Virus record (IMG/VR): IMGVR_UViG_3300042807_000082
Location: 1 to 54,437 of that record
Direction: 5' to 3' (one strand)
DNA: 54,437 nt
Source of the DNA: a virus
Lineage: Duplodnaviria > Caudoviricetes
Shown in pieces: positions 52,841 to 54,437 of the stretch. Both the position numbers and the translations under genes were made by a program. How positions within the stretch are numbered: position 1 is the stretch's first letter; each line of letters starts with the position of its first letter. The notes beneath the pieces are model-generated. The model did not search any database, was not told where the DNA came from, and saw only the letters and a list, made by a program, of their open reading frames with translations.

Positions 52841-53565
52841 GCTGGTTCTTTCTCCGTGGTTTGTTTGGTTGCTTTTTGCTTGATTACTTCTTGCAGTCTT
52901 GTGGTGATCTCTGCCGTCTTTTCAAGACCGACTTGCTCCAAGGTGTCGACCCCGTACTTTTTTGCGATGACGAGTTCACTGACTCCGGCTTGTTCCGCCA
53001 AGGCGCGAATTGTTTTCAACTCCGTATCACCAAGGCTTTTAGCCGCAGTAGCACTGCTCGTACTTGTAGACGAAGATTTTCCAGCCGTCTTTGACGAAAC
53101 AGTCTCCTTTGGTTTGCTATCGGCTTTAACAGGTCGCGGCGTTTCAACTGCATCGTCATCTCCTACGGGAACGTCTTCTCCTTGATAGATGTACAGCCCA
53201 AGTCCATGCAGGGCAATGGCTTTAGCCAAGCACCGTTGCATAGCGGTGTTCAATTCAAAGGCGTTGGGGTTTGGGATTGGTTGGTTGCGATGGTTCATCA
53301 CGGGCAGTTGCGCCGTGCGTTCCATCCCAAAGGCTTTGACCACGCAGAAAACCATCGCGGTATCTCCGACCTGACAGTAAGGCTTACTGTCCCAGAATAG
53401 ATACCACCACGATGCTTGTGGGTCTTCCTTCAGCAGGTAATGCACCGCCCAAGCCCAAGACAGGTACGAGAGACCGTTCTTGGACTCGATGTGGTCGGCG
53501 CAGTCGATAGCGGATAGCCGCTCAAACGATGAGGGTTCTACCCCCGATTGCTGGATGTTCTCCAT
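52837..53565 (-). CDS. sak: Sak (Rad52-like, DUF1071) single-strand annealing protein
   Basis: LSYLSWAWA, LPVMNHRN, NTAMQRCLAKAIALHGLGLYIYQGED. Confidence 0.9.
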   Translation of the reverse strand: MENIQQSGVEPSSFERLSAIDCADHIESKNGLSYLSWAWAVHYLLKEDPQASWWYLFWDSKPYCQVGDTAMVFCVVKAFGMERTAQLPVMNHRNQPIPNPNAFELNTAMQRCLAKAIALHGLGLYIYQGEDVPVGDDDAVETPRPVKADSKPKETVSSKTAGKSSSTSTSSATAAKSLGDTELKTIRALAEQAGVSELVIAKKYGVDTLEQVGLEKTAEITTRLQEVIKQKATKQTTEKEPA

Positions 53566-53600
53566 AGGCTCCTTTCGATATGTGTAGCGAACACAGACCG

Positions 53601-53642
53601 AGTATATGAGCCTTGCATAGAGTTGTCAACATCAGTGCTGAT
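53601..53642 (-). promoter_or_regulatory. PL-like promoter TTGACA-17-TATACT with adjacent operator variant
   Basis: -10 at 53601-53606, -35 at 53624-53629, CAGCACTGATG directly upstream. Confidence 0.8.
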
Positions 53643-53654
53643 ATTTTGATAATT

Positions 53655-54107
53655 TCACTGAGGTGCAGTAAGCACCGCCACGATCCTGCCTGTTGGGAGG
53701 CTCAGTCCGGAGCCAGACAGATCGCCCTTGTCGATGATCATCAGGTCTCCCTTGCGAACGCTCGGTGACATCACATCATTCATCGCCCTGACAAACTCAA
53801 GCGAATCTAGGTCAGATACGGTAATGCGCGTTGCCAGTGCGCTCTCAGATGGGATCATCTTTGAGAACCGATCGGACACATCCGCAACGTCAACCTTGAG
53901 AAGTTTGCAGAACTTCACTACCGCCTCAAAGTTCAGGGGTATCCTCCCGTTCAGGTATTGAGAGATGGCGGTCTGGTTGCTGAAGCCCAGAGCCTTCGCC
54001 GCCTTGACTTGTGTGAGATGCAACTCGTCCTTCTTCGCATCCCACAACTCGCGAAGTCTTTCACGTTCCGCCCTTTCCTCGGCGGTAAGGTCTCGTCTTG
54101 AAACCAT
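53655..54107 (-). CDS. CI-like repressor with degenerate S24 domain
   Basis: HTH LTQVKAAKALGFSNQTAISQYLNGRIPLN; C-terminus NDVMSP...GDLMIID is truncated. Confidence 0.85.
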   Translation of the reverse strand: MVSRRDLTAEERAERERLRELWDAKKDELHLTQVKAAKALGFSNQTAISQYLNGRIPLNFEAVVKFCKLLKVDVADVSDRFSKMIPSESALATRITVSDLDSLEFVRAMNDVMSPSVRKGDLMIIDKGDLSGSGLSLPTGRIVAVLTAPQ

Positions 54108-54150
54108 AACTCCTATCTCCTTTTTACAAGTCGTACTTGCTCAACATTAT

Positions 54151-54285
54151 TAGCAGTGCTACACTTCTTCACTAGCAGTGAAAATTCCACCGGTTCGCTA
54201 CCCGGAAGCCAGACAAGGAGTGAAGAAATGAAGCAAAAAGTACATATATGCAGTATTTCACATATGTATACGGAAAGCAATGCTA
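54151..54285. promoter_or_regulatory. Operator cluster upstream of the repressor
   Basis: TAGCAGTGCTA 54151-54161, TAGCAGTGAAA 54173-54183, AAGCAATGCTA 54275-54285. Confidence 0.7.
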
Positions 54286-54326
54286 TTGTGTTTAATTCGC
54301 CACAGACAGAAACTGTGACCGAAGGT

Positions 54327-54342
54327 TGGCACGAAAGTTGCA
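54327..54342 (+). promoter_or_regulatory. sigma54 (-24/-12) consensus site
   Basis: TGGCACG-AAAG-TTGCA. Confidence 0.6.
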
Positions 54343-54437
54343 AATATAATATATATTATAAGTATTACTTATTTATAGAAATTTACATAGTAAATTTCTT
54401 AAAGAGTATATATAAATTATATAAAGAATATTTAAGG
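54343..54437. repeat. AT-rich palindrome array, candidate replication origin (continues into 1-13)
   Basis: Five tandem inverted repeats in almost pure A/T sequence, just upstream of the primase-helicase if the genome is circular. Confidence 0.6.

Noticed and set aside
54113-54343. 76-aa ORF as cro
   Set aside because: Wrong strand, no HTH, and overlaps operators.

Overview
The window looks like a complete, circularly permuted ~54.4 kb temperate tailed-phage genome with a podovirus-type virion. An inverted repeat spans the end/start junction. The attP core is the 3' half of a tRNA-Asn(GTT) that resembles betaproteobacterial tRNAs (from memory, not searched). Modules in order: rightward primase-helicase/nuclease/RusA/Q-like operon (1-4.3 kb); leftward cluster of small early genes with DUF932, a class II glutamine amidotransferase and an amidoligase (4.5-10.9 kb); terminase, portal, scaffold and capsid; three modular tail fibres; a lysis region containing an unexplained cassette of secreted Cys-rich proteins; nozzle and ejection proteins including a 2813-aa polyvalent protein; attP and integrase; a leftward recombination operon; and a truncated CI-like repressor. 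The most interesting unexplained signals are (1) a predicted small RNA with its own promoter and terminator whose loop is a 13-nt perfect antisense to the integrase ribosome-binding site 44 kb away, plus a second RNA with twin anti-Shine-Dalgarno loops, (2) a cro-less switch region with a probably non-cleavable repressor and two convergent sigma54-type motifs around an AT-rich palindrome array, (3) a small basic gene fully nested in the giant virion gene, (4) an attenuator-like leader before the amidoligase, and (5) the secreted three-gene cassette. All family calls come from motif recognition by eye; no database searches were run.
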